64,000 nucleotides of DNA from the NCBI RefSeq assembly GCF_001194135.2, contig NC_068993.1, positions 3,626,986-3,690,985 on the forward strand, written 5' to 3'. Made by a program: the position numbers and the translations under genes. Positions 24,429 through 38,233 of this stretch are shown here, piece by piece; the first letter of the stretch is position 1; each line of letters opens with the position of its first letter. The notes under the pieces are model-generated. The model had not been told where the DNA came from. It ran no database searches and was given only the letters and a program-made list of their open reading frames with translations. The stretch is from Octopus bimaculoides. Taxonomy: Eukaryota.

Positions 24429-26094
24429 TACGTAAGGAAAGCGAAATACTTTAAGTTTTATTTTTTTCTGTTCTTTTTTTTTCAAATTATTTACTTCGGA
24501 ATTTTACATAAATTATCCGGAGATCGCGAGTGCGTATTTTACTGCTTCTTATTTTGATTTTGCTCTTTTCTTGACCTCAACTTCTATTCTCGGTTTGTTG
24601 ATCTCCGTTTTTGCAATGAATGTTTTTCTACAGCAACCATAAAATACAACAAATGAAACAACATTATCATGAATTGCGATAAACGTTATTAACATCTTTC
24701 TTGGCAGATGGAAAACACTGACGTGTCTTGGCAACGTAGACGAAAGTTGCAGGACACAGTCTGACCTGCTTAGTAACCTTAGTGACCTGGCTGTCTGTTG
24801 TAGAGTAGAAGCAAGATGAATGGAGCGGGAACTGCATACAAAGTATTGTTACTTTAGGTGGTAAGGTCACGCTATATACCGTGACGTCTTGTCAGCATAG
24901 CTCACCAAAAAGTAAGGAGATCGATTTGGCTGTACTTCGCACTTGGGACCTCATGTTATTTGGAAATTTCAGACAATGGATGATCGATTCGATTCCAACA
25001 TGTAAGGCCCTCGCATGTGTTACGTAATGAGGTAAATAGATACCTTCCATCACGTGATAATTCAGTATATTTTAAAAACTGGAATCCTAGCGTATTTATC
25101 AGTGAACGAGAACGTTCCACAGAGATAGGGTCGCTCACTGAAATCGCTGAGAGAAATAATCAGTTTCACTGATTTGAGTTTCTAAACGTATTGAACACAA
25201 TCAGTCTTGCTAGCTGAGTAGATTATAATTTGTGTGGTTGGTGGTGGTGGGTGTTATGAGGGAAACACGGTTTGCTCCCACCAGTAGGCTTTCAAAACCA
25301 GATCCGCTCAAGACATTACTGGCCAAAAATTTCGATCAACTTGTTCTTATCAATCTTACGATGTTAACATTTTAGACTGCTTTATGGGAGACTCTATCTA
25401 TTAATTGACTGGATAATCTCAGATAGCTGAAATGTTTCAGCTTCTTATATATGTGAAACTGTATTTAACTGAAGTATACTATCCGTTCCTTTAAAATAGA
25501 CCTCGCATTTATGTTATAAATTTCTTTACCTTTACATCGATATGAAACTCTGTTACATACAAGACTGATTTAAATTAAGTTTCTCAACTCAATTCGCCAG
25601 GCAGTAGATAAGCAGTTCTCGTTTATAAATCTCTTGTAAGAGATCTTTTTCTTCTTTGAACTTTTCCAAAAGAGCAAATTTAAACCAGCGTTGCTCGTTG
25701 ACGTATCCTTCACCAATCGAATATTTCTTCCACTTTGTAGCTACTTAGCTGTTAAACAAAGATGGTTCTTATTTAATCATCAGCAGACAACTCAATGTGC
25801 TTTTGTTTTCTTCCTCTTGATTCGCTGTCAGCGTCACGGTCAGGTACAACTTAGAAAATGAGTGATTTGATTCGTTCGAGTACTGAGATAATACACTTCC
25901 ATATGTATAAGAACAAAATGGTCATTAGATTATTTATCATATAGTTGATGACGTCATTCCTGGTGACATTTTCGCAACTCACATTCAGATATAGTTTGCT
26001 CAGCATTCACAAAACATTTGTGTTCGTCAAACAATGCTACAAATACAAGAAAAGTTGTTTGATTACCACACGCCTTGTCCGCATGTGCAGTATC

Positions 26095-26330
26095 TTTGGT
26101 TACTATGGAAACGGAGTATAAAATACTCGCTTTTGATTACTATGGAAACATGTGCAAAATAATCGCTTCTGATTGGCTAAGATACCCAAATTTTGCAAAT
26201 TTTAAAGGCTAATAACTTTTAAATTATGGATTGAGAGGGAAAATAAACTTCATTTTCATAATTGATATACAAAACTTAATCTATATACCAAATTTGAAAA
26301 GAACTGGAACAACATTGTAAGCAGTGACGA
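26095..26330. mobile_element. Possible Helitron/HINE-like non-coding remnant
   Basis: Twin TTACTATGGAAAC motifs, CTGATTGGCT, GGCTAATAACTTT and ACCAAATTTG motifs recall molluscan rolling-circle non-autonomous repeats. From memory, unverified. Confidence 0.3.
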
Positions 26331-29300
26331 AAACCACAAAGGTCCCAAGGATATCGAAAGGAAAGCTTCAGTACGGTTATCATTCGCCTGCACTTCTGAT
26401 GCTGCCACTTTTAGAGATATAATGATGTAAAATCTGAGTCTTACGTTAACTCAAGTTTATGATATAATGAACATGCGTTGTATCTAAGGCATACTTTGAT
26501 AATATGCATTCTGCCTGCGACTACAATTACAGGAGAAGCTGAACGTTGCACCCTCGACTTACGAAATTTCTTGGACATTTTGCAGTGCTACCTCTCTTCA
26601 CACCAACGTTGTTTTTGTTGCTGCCGCTTTTGTTGTTGATCCCTATTTAACCTTCGATCATCTATGATTGAAGATCTTCATGCAATGGATATCTAATGTT
26701 TCCAGTGATATAAAGAACTACATTATCTAATATTTCTTGTCGTTATTTTATGCAAGAGTTATATTGTATTTGTTTATGGTAGGAGATCCAGCAATCAGAC
26801 AATATATCTTTTTCGGTTAAGCCATATTAAATATCGTCACTTAATTATTTAACTGTGGTTTGACTAAAGGCAGAGGATAATATTGGATATGAACTTACAA
26901 ACTACCAATCTCACGGTTTCTTAATCTAATCAAGAAAGACCGAGGACAATACCAAGTTACTCTTATCTAATCGATCAACGTTTCCTTGAGCTCTGTATGA
27001 GACGATAGTCACCAATATTGGTGCCCTGTTAGAAGAGAAAGAGAGAAATTTGTTGACGCTATGTCGATGTAAATATATACGGATGAACAGTCTATAACGA
27101 TCAGATCGAACCGGCTCTGAGATAAATAGAATACTAAAACGTTAGTAAATTACTCAAATTACAGTAAATCAACAGATCGGAAATGTTGTTAATAAGCCTT
27201 AATGAACTGTGTAATATATTTACTTGAATTCATTGTCTAAGATAAATCTTGCTCTCATTATTGTAATTTTATTTTATGTAACAGCGTATTAAATAGTAGA
27301 GTCGAATTTTAATTAATATTGGTTTCAGACATTAGCGCCAAGTCTCATATTTATTTCTAAAAGAAGAGATATAGAATTTGGAAGCATTCATGCCGATCTA
27401 AATTTTTAATTAATATCGGTTTCCATTTACTGGCAACAAAGTCTGGTATTGTTCGAAGGATAGGGACTGATACGCTATGGCATACATGCAATTAACAAAT
27501 GCATTAACGGTGTAAGTTTAAATGAAACAACTTATAAAATAACGACTTGAAACGGAAATGGAAAAGACAGGAGGCAACACTTCTTACTTTGGTATTTGCA
27601 ATAATATTTTCATTAATATGAATAGCTTCAAGATGTTGAAAAGGTAGAAACAGTTATCTGCAGATTAAATCTTTCAAAATAATTACTTCTAAACATGAGT
27701 ACTTTGTGTTCAAATCTTTCAGAGATAAAATTAGCTTTGCAAATCTACAAGGAAGATAAGATATACTGAGGCTGATTTAATCGATAATCTTATTTCTATG
27801 TATTTGTAAGCATCGAGGATAAACATTAATGGTATCTCTTACGGGCCTATGGCCATAAATTGGTAGAGTAGAGGTATTAGATGTTACAGATGAATTCAGT
27901 TCAGCTCGAATCATTCTTCTAATCCATCGCTACCCATAGGCTGCACGAAGCGACTAAAATTATCACCTTGAGTCAGTGTACACAGCCAACATTACATTAT
28001 TCGCCGTAGGACAAAATGTATATCTCCGGATACAGAAGCTGTTCGGTAATTTCGATATCTTCTTAACGCAGTTCACTATTCCTTTCCTCGATAACATCGT
28101 TTGAAAAAGTAGGAACACCTTATTTTGCCATTTCTACTTTAGTGTGTACCTAGTTATAAGCAGCCAAAAATAAATTTCTCTGACTAAAAATGTCACTTGG
28201 TACTCAATATAAGAAAGCAGAAAACAATTTTAATGGAAAATTTCATTTCACTATTTTGAGTGGGAAGGGTTGACAATAATTAACAATTTCTAACCTTTTT
28301 AAACAGGAAGCGAAGAGGAATATCTTTGACTTGCACTTGTATTAGCGACTCGATGTAATATGTTATTTCAGTGATACACACTGAAGCAGAGAAAGAAAAC
28401 TACTTGACACTAACCATGGTTTTAGACATTGTGGAATGAATATGAGAACCTTATTTCCTGTATGTAACCAAAAGATATTTGAATAAGTGAATCATCCCAA
28501 ATTTGTAAACAAAAAGTACCCCCTTATAAACATAAATAGACACTTCAAGGGAAAAGCCGACATTCAGATTTTGTTTTCTCAACATGAAGTGAAGCAGATG
28601 TTTAAAAAAATGTATTTGGGGACTGTTGTATTACATGCATTGTGTGGCGAACAAATTAAAATCTAACAAAATAATATCCTACGCTTCCAGACTTCAATGC
28701 ATTTGTTATAATTCTTTCATTCCACTCGAAAATCTATAAACAAACCAAAATAGTGTTTAGTACTGCGTTACATTATTTAAAAAAATATTATTCTTGTCGT
28801 TTGCTTTACAAAATGTATTCTTTATGATTTTGTACGTTTTCTTTGATGTTTCCCGATCTTGATGTTGCCATTTTCTTTTCCTGTGGAAATTTCACATTAT
28901 TAACTTTCCCAGTTATGGTGCTTGTTCTAAATCCTTAATGATTAGGTGTTTGTTTATAATTTAGCCTGTATTCGTCTGTTTAAAATTCATTTCAAATATT
29001 TCTTCCCTCATTTCATTTTTGGTTAATATAAAGTTGTGTGAAAAATTTGAATACAAAAGTTTCAATTGAATATCTGTGAGCTTCTTCATTTCCTTATTTT
29101 TCGGGGCCAAACTGACTTCAAAGTGTTCTTGTTATTACAACTTCGTATATTACATCCTAACTCCCAATCGAAATTGATTTGAAATATAATTTAGTCGGAG
29201 TAATCAATCCGAACTCCTTCGAGTATTTTCTTTTTAATCGTTTCCTTTTATGAATTTAAAATAGGTACTCAGTTTTTTATACCATACTGATACAGTTAAA

Positions 29301-29844
29301 TTCAAAAATGGAAACCAATGATACGATTCCGAATTCTTATTCAAATGTATGAACTCCGTGACACTCTGCTTTAATCTTCCGAAATGCACGATGTTTCTGC
29401 TTCACAAAAATGTTATATTATGTTTTCATTGTTGCCGCTAAAATCATGGGAAATCCTCTTCAGTAACGATCTATGATCAAATGCATTCCAAACATGACAA
29501 TCCTTTCGTATTTTGGATATAGAGAACTACATGATCTAATGAATTTTTATTGAAGAGGGAAGTGTATTATTTTGAGGCAAAGTCCCTGGTTATGGTTAGC
29601 ATATATATAAAATCCCTTCTCTAGCTCATAGAAAAAATCTCTATGAATGATAATAATACTATTCATAGATAAAAAGGACTGACCGCCCAAGTCAATGAGA
29701 TCCTCGTTTTACGTTGAAGGTATTTTATATATTGCGTTTCTCTTCCCAATATCACTTGAAAAAAATTCAACACCATAAGACATATCTCACGTGAATATGA
29801 TGCTTACAGACGAGTCAGTTACATTCTAAATACCTTAATAACTT

Positions 29845-30063
29845 AAGGCGGTGAGCTGGCAGAAACTTTAGCACGCCGGGTGAAATGCTTTACGGTATTT
29901 CGTCTGTCTTGACGTTCTGAGTTCAAATTCCACCGACGTCGGCTTTACCTTTTATCCTTTCAGGGTAGATAAATTAAGTACCAGTTGCGTACTGTTGTCG
30001 ATCTAATCGACTGACCACTCTCCCCAAAAATTTCGGGCCTTGTGCCTAGAGTAGAAAAGAATA
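29845..30063 (+). mobile_element. Family A SINE, youngest-looking full-length copy with probable TSD
   Basis: GGCGGTGAGCTGGCAGAA head, B-box GAGTTCAAATTCC, central domain and tail TTTCGGGCCTTGTGCCTAGAGTAGAAAAGA. Flanked by TTAATAACTT (29835-29844) and TTAATAAGTT (30066-30075). Confidence 0.92.
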
Positions 30064-31147
30064 TTTTAATAAGTTGCTGAAGTACAATATCAAGGAAAAT
30101 TTTCAGTTCCTCGGTATCTGAAACATCGCACCATTAAATTAGACAGGTTCCGGTCCTTTACTCTGACATAAAGCTATTTCGTTTTGTTTTTAATAATGAA
30201 AGATTATACAATTACCATCACGATTTTGGAATTGGAAATTTTAAGTTTCAATGTATAAGAAAAGTAAATACAATATTTTTAAAGATAAAAGACAAACAGA
30301 TATTCCTTTTATGGTAAAAAAAAATATGTATAATTTTAAGTATTGGACTGAGTAAAGTTTTGACGTTTTTAAATGCATTTCCCAATATAATTAGATAAAT
30401 AAGTGAAGAGTAGTGTTTTCAAGCGAATATCAAAGTCATATCGCAATATCTACTTAATATAATACAGGTAATTTTGGTGTTTCCAGATCTCTTTCCTTTT
30501 CTTATTACTTGATTATTAATTATCCAGATATCTTAGAAATCTTATCTTCGAGGAACTATTAACATATCCAGAAGACATATATTTCAGATCCTGTTGATTT
30601 CGAATAAACATAACATTAACTACCTGTTGAGTGTTTCAGAACATATTAAATTTATTACTGCTTTACCAATCTGTAAACTACAGACATCAGAACCGAACTC
30701 AGAAATTCTTTAGACGTTTCTAAATACCACTATTTATTTAGTCTCTTTTAATATTTTTCAACACATCCACATTAAACATGTATTTTGAAAAAGAAACGCC
30801 TACGTGTAAATAACAGTCTGCGAATTTACAATCGTTCAAAAAGACTTAGATTTGTCTTTCAAATGTTTTGCCTTCAAGATAAGCTTTTATTTTGACGTTC
30901 GGATTAGCATGACTGAACAAAAGCGAAGATGAAATAGAAAGAAAATAATGGAACTGGCACTGAAAAGCGATTTGTAAAGGATATAAAATGGCTTGAAACT
31001 GAGAGTATATTCAGAAAGAATATCTGTCTGACATTATACAGATATTATCAAGTCAAATGACGACAATGTTTAATAAAATCCTTCTCGAACGTGATATAAT
31101 CATTCAAACATAATTCAAGATTCTAATTCAAGATCATACTGCCAGAA

Positions 31148-31342
31148 GGAAGTGATATGGCTGAATCATTAACATACTGAACAAAATGCCTAGCGGCATT
31201 TAGTCCGTCTTTATGTTCTGTGCTCAAATACCACCGACATAGACTTTGCTATTCATCCTTTGTACCAGTTGAACACTGGGTCGATGTAATCGATTTATCA
31301 CTTCTCAGCAATTGCTGGCCTTGTGACAAAATTTGAAAGTAA
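31148..31342 (+). mobile_element. Family A SINE, diverged
   Basis: CAAAATGCCTAGCGGCATTTAGTCCGTCTTTATGTTCTG...ACTGGGTCGATGTAATCGATTT...AATTGCTGGCCTTGTGACAAAATTTGAAA. Confidence 0.8.
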
Positions 31343-32598
31343 TATTGCTATATTACCGTAAATACTAAATATAATTACACTTTTTCTTTCTCTAAGACTA
31401 AGAAATTGACTAAGAAATCTTTTGCGTAAATTCTACTTCCCTTGGTTCAGCTTAACTTCAGTAAAATTTCATTCGTGTGAAAGCTTCAAGCAATGGACTA
31501 GCATTGTGATAAAGAAGTTTTCCTTACACATATGTAATATAAAACTACTAATTTTGGATTCGAGCACTAACATTATAGATTCTTGGGATTTGCAACATTA
31601 CTAAATCCGTTATATTTTTAGATTAATCAGTTATACAGAACGAACCGTCATCTCTTCAAGCAGATGTCTGACATTGTATCAATTCAGCTATTCGGTAGTT
31701 ACAATCAAAATAAGTGCAACTAGAAATTCTACCTGAAGAATTTGGACATTTCCTAAGTAGTAAAACAAAGTAAATACAAGAGACCATAATTTGCTTCATT
31801 TAGTCCACATTGTTTCGTCCGAGTATATTTATTAAGTCAACTGAACTCATTCACATAATTCAGTGCCTTTCATGCCTATGAACACGGCTAATATAATCCA
31901 GCCAGTGCTTAATTGACCTATTACAGCGAATACCTTCATCACTATAGGAAAATTGCAAATGGAAATTTTGCAACCCGCCTATCATGTGCAATATGGTGAA
32001 TGGTAATTTCCGTTAAATTCAAACAGAATAAAAGTGAAATGAATAGTAATATAGCTGTTTGTATATTGGATGAGGATAGTCTTGTTATCTGTTAGAGTAA
32101 CTACATATCATGGTGAATGGAGCCAAGTCATTAGTAAGCTAAAATACCAACTGAAAGGTTGAGCGGTAACATACTATCAGAGGTGATTTATGCTTCGTTT
32201 TCACTTACACATACATAATGCCCTCACTTAGAAAAAAAAAAAAAAAAGAAAAAAGGTAGGAGTCGGATTAATTGGTTTCAATATGGTATTGATAGAAGTT
32301 TAACTAAATTAGTGAAGTTAGCTATTGAACTGCCGAATGCATTGATTATTCTTTGTTTCAACTGAAAAGTAAATTTACACAGTAAAGAGAAAAATATATG
32401 TTTTCCCCGAAGGAACTGAAGAGAACTAATGTTTCATAGAATAAGGGTCGAAACTGCATTAGGTTCTCAACGTTCTTATTTAATATTACTTATGACAAGA
32501 AGACGAGAAAGTAATAATCTTTCCAAGAGAAACACCATAGCACAATGAATTTTTAAGCCATACATTTCTACGCACGTACAATGAAGTGAACACACACA

Positions 32599-32666
<68 letters not shown>

Positions 32667-34009
32667 CATACGTAAATATTATAGACACGAATATTAAAAC
32701 GAACTTCTCGTGAAGCTTGTACTAATTAAATAAATAAATGAATAAAAAGATGAATAAATAGATCAAATATTACAAAGGTCCATCCAACGTTGGTCTTTGG
32801 TGGGATGCATTAGAGAACAATGAACGTGTGTCATTTAAGACGCGTGTATACACAATATTGCATTATATATATAATGTGGTTCTTCTTTCAGAGACATAGG
32901 CTGCGTTATCTAACAGGTCGAGTGACACTTTAGGTCTCTGAAACCGCTAGATTTAATATGTTATTGTTAGTTATGTTAGCTGTACCAATAAATAAGTCAA
33001 GATAATTTTCAGTAATTGTGTCGATGTGTTTCTAGAGAAGTGTGATTCGCTACTGTACCGGGGTTCACACTATTTATTTAGGCTGAACTTAGAGCGTGAA
33101 ATGTATAAAATCAAATGAGTGGATTCAATTGGAAGTAGAACCTGCGAGACGCATTTTGCGTAAAGTGTATTTCCTGCCTGCCACAACAACACACTGGAAC
33201 AATGCTAATATAACAACTAAATAAAATGAATTGATAAATAGTGAAATAAAATAATAAAAAAGAAAACTGATGCAATATTCTGAAATTGTTTGTCGAGATC
33301 ATTTGGTAAAAGCTTATCTTGACTTATTCACAATCGGTATTCGTGTGGTTCAAGCAACGTTTTCTAACAATGAAAAAAATAAATAAAAGTTTCCGCTAAA
33401 ACTTCATGTTTACTCCAATGCATAAAACTATTTAGAACAGAGAGCCATATTTCTATTTACATATGCTTCATACAATCAGACCTTTATTTCTTTTATTAGG
33501 TGGAGGGCGAAGATGATATTTACTTTCCTATTTTTGTATTGTTATTGGTTTTACCAAGAAGAAACGCATTTAGTTATCACCAACCGGAAATTATCTAAAC
33601 AAACAAAACAGTCTGAAAATGTCATTAACGATTGGTATATTCCTTAAATAATGGGGGGAAAAGAACAAAAAGTAAACTATAAACAAGATCAATCGCATAA
33701 ATACTTTTCTATCTCAAATTTGCAGCAGATATTGAAGTCCTGTTGACGCGCAAGTGTGGTCAGTTACATATTAGTGGACGTACGTCTTGAACATTGGGAA
33801 AAAATACCCTTAATATATATTTCTTTTCCTTTCCATGCAAGGAAATTTTATCACATAAATAAATCCTAATTCTGGACCAAAATCCCAGAAGAATTCCAAG
33901 ACGAAAAGAAAACAAGAAAAGAAATACAAATATAGGAACCTATACATCAAAGGCATGTTTGTGCAAATGTAAGTGATTGCATGCGTACGGTTAATAGAAA
34001 CTGTTTTGT

Positions 34010-34050
<41 letters not shown>

Positions 34051-34114
34051 TGAGCGATCGTTATGTATATATGTGTGTGTGTGTATGTGTGTGTATGAAC
34101 ATATATAGACGCAA

Positions 34115-34174
<60 letters not shown>

Positions 34175-34320
34175 GTATGTATGTGTGTATATATATATAA
34201 CTGGAGAGAGAGGGAAAAGGAGAAAGAGAGAGCGATCTATATGTATATAACACGTGCCAAAAAACGCACGCTGATGTTCATATGTGTTAGTATCTCTACG
34301 TATCTACCTTTTTCTCTATC

Positions 34321-34362
<42 letters not shown>

Positions 34363-34974
34363 TTCAAACAATATATGGAAACAAAACTCGCAAAGTGTAT
34401 GATTGTTGCTGTTACTCAGAGTTTGGCGTATAACATTTGTTTTCCAAAAGTTCCCCCATATTAAGTCACATACACTTCCGTAAACGACATTTGCAGAAAA
34501 TTTTATTTCTGATAAGTGAAACGCGTAAAACCTGAGTTATTTTGGTGCACAGAGTGTCACGTTTATAAACGAATCAATAAGTGATGTAAGAAATGCCCAG
34601 GAATGCTTATACACATTATTGTCTGTTGCCCCGTATAAGTAACGTTCATTTGGTGTGTAACAGATTGTCAGTAAACCAACAGGTAGAGATAACACTCTAG
34701 ACCTTCCTCTGACAGATTTATATGCAACTGCCACATTTCCAACTTATCTGAACATATCAGATCTTATCTATTTGCTAGTATAACTTAACGTTCGTGTCTA
34801 CTACGATGGACTAAGCCATGGAAAATCTGTTTTTACCAGTAGTTAAAACGTTTTTGTCTTCCGACGCCATCGTAGCTTTGTCGACTGTCGAACTGCTTTT
34901 TGTTGCTTTTAATAAAAAGAATCTTAAAATTCATTCACTCGATTTACACTATCTATGTGCAAATCTACCATTTT

Positions 34975-35198
34975 CCAGGAAGATGTTACACCTGTAGTCC
35001 TACTGTCAGCCTCAAACTCAGTTTGTGACACTCTGGTTGTACACATTAAATGCACCAAAACACTAATAGGTATTACATATCGCCCACAAGATGTTCCAAA
35101 TCATAGAGACTCATTCAAACAGAGCACCAGAATCGTGGAAGAGGCATTAACCAATCTTAATGACAGCCTTCACATACTTCTAGCATAATAGCTTCCCC
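34975..35198 (+). pseudogene. LINE (CR1/L2-type) APE endonuclease fragment
   Basis: TPVVLLSASNSVCDTLVVHIKCTKTLIGITYRPQD...FKQSTRIVEEALTNLNDSLHILLA**LP fits the APE hhhhYRPP...hhhGDFNhP segment, with the catalytic GDFN destroyed. Confidence 0.75.
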
Positions 35199-35674
35199 TT
35201 TTTTTTTTACCAAATTCGCAGCATCACGCCAGTCAGGAGATTCAAGCCGTCGACTAATGGTGCATTAAGACATTTAGGCTTAAGATTTCTACGTAAGGTA
35301 ATATCTTGTCGATAAGCCGTGCGTAATTAAGTGTAAGTAACCCTTACTGAAAAAAAAATTGTTATTTGGAGTAGGTTAGCTTCGGCGCAACTCACAGGAC
35401 TGCAAAGATTCTTACTTTCATTAAAGACAATAATAATTTGACAATTGGTCATAGGTCTGGGGATGAAATGATGTACATCTTGCAGAACAGAATCCTCAAT
35501 AAGATGAGATCCAGCAGGTTCCACAGATACGCGCCACTCATTTCCAAAACAACTCATTATGCTTTGTTTGTACGGCTAGACTCTTTATTTCTCTATAGAA
35601 GGATTCTGTGTGAGATATGAAACTGTCACTTCCTCACTCCAAAGCAAGTCATTGTGCTTTTCAACTGATTTTAC

Positions 35675-35796
<122 letters not shown>

Positions 35797-36704
35797 TCTG
35801 CTGTTTTACTAGAAGTATGAAAAAACCGCTGGTGGCTCGGTCGTTAGGTGTTTGTGTCACATTATCCGCAATTATTATTGTTAATTCTCTATCGTTATTC
35901 TTTACTGCAAAATGACGTAGTGCTCTGTTTATTTCTTCTACTGGAAAACAATATGGAAGAACAGACACGGCAGATAAGATGTATTAATAAATTCTAAAAC
36001 TAGATTTATTTATGTTAAGTATATTCACAACTTAATCATAAATTTGTTATCACTCTATTCGATTCCACAATTGTGTACAAACTAGATACATAAAATGGAT
36101 AATGTAGCTTTTAGATAGCTTATTGACCATCAATTTAACCTATCAAATACTTAACAAAACCACCCTGGACTAACAAGTATTTATAACATACAGAGCATGT
36201 GTCTGGGTGGATAGGTATATAAATATTCGTGAGTTAGTGTATGTGTTTGGCCGAGTGGGCGGGAATACGTGCGAGAACATAAATGCACGCAAGCCGAATC
36301 CAGCTGATGATGTAAGTCGCCTCCTCGCCTGCTAACTTAGATCAAAGTTTCCTCCTAAGAATGAAAATTCAATTTTCTATGAAATTAATACTTAATGCCT
36401 CCAAATTATCTTCTCTTTACTTGGAAGATCGCAAAGAGTTGTCACATAGATTTTGTTTTCTTCCTCCAACAAAAAGGCAACATTCCTATGATTTAGACGT
36501 CAACAAGTACAGATGAGACTACCTGACATAACTAAACCAACTTCATTGGAGTATTTGAGAAATTTCCTGTAGATCAATTGCTGAAATCGAAAGTATATAT
36601 AGACTTTCATGTGGTACAAATATATGCCATCTCGCCAAAAAAGTAAGTAGTTATTTATATCACATTTCTCCTGTTATACTTACATAATCAACCGATATTT
36701 TATC

Positions 36705-36759
<55 letters not shown>

Positions 36760-37432
36760 TCAGTTGAATTAAGTACTTAAATCGAGGCACCTTGGCATTT
36801 CGATATAGTCCGCACATCTCGAAGTTAGGTGAACAGAAAGTAAATAAGTAACAAGGATGTACAAGTGTGAATACATTACGCATGTTTCAAGTGGAACACG
36901 CCTATCCGTGTTTTTACCTGTGTGTGCAAAAGCCTGGGGTGATCACAGGTTAACTCAACCCTACATGGTGCATATCATTCAAGTACCCGATTCTCTCAAG
37001 AACCCTCAGATGTATTCAGGATGTTGCTTCTGAGGGTTGCAGAAGAAAGGTAGAAAGATAAGAGGAATAAGAAGCTGAAGGAAATAGTATGGCAAGATTT
37101 GAAGTAAGCATAACCGACGAAGTCAGCAGTGAATCAGAGAAAGAATTGATGCTAGAAGAAACGGAATGGTCACCAGATTCCAAAGATGGAGGGGATAGAA
37201 AAACAGAGAGATAGAGAGAGTAGCTAATGATGGGTAGAGAGAATAGCAAAGAGTCTTGGAGATGAATAGAAGATAGAGAGAGAGGGGGAGAGGGAGAGAG
37301 AGAGACTAGATAGAAAGTTTGATATTACACTCGCACGCAAGCGTGTGAGCACGTATACCTGGATCACCTGTTCTCACTGCAGTATCCTCCTGTACCTCCC
37401 CTTCCACTTATATAAATATATATGCATGTGTG

Positions 37433-37476
<44 letters not shown>

Positions 37477-37559
37477 TGCGTGTGAGTATGTATATGTATA
37501 TTTATGTGTGTGTGTGTGGATAGATAGATGAGGGGAAATTATTACTTTTATTAGTCCTA

Positions 37560-37880
37560 TGGCGTCACTAGAGACTTATAGTTCGAAGCAGCTTCTTCCA
37601 ACGTCTGATAACATCACCTTTAAATATATTATCAAAGTCTACATTCAGTTGTACTTAGGCAATGTAAGATAAACATTTTTTGTCTCTTAATATCAAAATT
37701 GTACTTGATTTGTGTATTGATGTTGGATTTTTACAATCAGCATTGCGTTCATTTAAATGACTTGCAGCATTTACTCATATTTCATTACGTGCAGATTTCC
37801 AGTTCGAGTCAGTTCTACACAGCCTTTCAGAATTATGTGATCGATAAACTCTCGTGCTCCGGAGATTAATTTCATAAAAT
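37560..37880 (-). mobile_element. Possible Penelope-like GIY-YIG C-terminal remnant with adjacent degenerate hammerhead-like motif
   Basis: Minus strand gives NAASHLNE...RDKK(fs)MFI...LNV, loosely like the HxN...E..FI...P.LN end of Penelope endonucleases. It is followed by AGAC...GGAAGA-AGCTGCTTC-GAAC-TATA-AGTCT. Confidence 0.3.
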
Positions 37881-38052
37881 TCTCTTCTGCCTTAAAAGTG
37901 AGTCGCATCTTCACCTCGATGTAGATCGAAAGTACGAACGTCGTCTCTGAAGTTTTGAGCGTTCAACCATTTCAAATTAAATTGAATTATAATTTAAGTT
38001 AACCTACAAGTAACAAATTATTATTATTTTCCTTGACTTTGATTATCTTTTT

Positions 38053-38233
38053 AATATTGGTTTCAAATTTTGGCACAAGGCTAGCAATTTGGGAGAAGGA
38101 GACAAGATGAGTACTTCGATCCCGATATTCAAAAGGTACTTATTTTAATGGACCACGAAATAATGAAAAGCAAAGTCGACTTGCCACTAAACATTTTGTG
38201 CGGTGTGCTAACGCTTTGGCCAGATCGCCGCTT
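38053..38233 (-). mobile_element. Family A SINE, internally deleted
   Basis: Reverse complement GCGGCGATCTGGCCAAAGCGTTAGCACACC...GTCGACTTTGC...AAAATAAGTACC...AATTGCTAGCCTTGTGCCAAAATTTGAAACC. Confidence 0.8.

Noticed and set aside
2271-31887. Exact 16-bp match ATGCCTATGAACACGG at 2271 and 31872
   Set aside because: About one match of this length is expected by chance in 64 kb; flanks do not extend.
33842-33968. Strong acceptor/donor pair on the + strand (also 45537-45625)
   Set aside because: All three frames contain stops; shows the background rate of spurious splice pairs.
34537-34734. WD40-like look of minus ORF (CYTPNERYLYGATDNN), and LVATCGSRD at 56913..57122
   Set aside because: No convincing splice sites in that frame and no terminal WD; likely chance.
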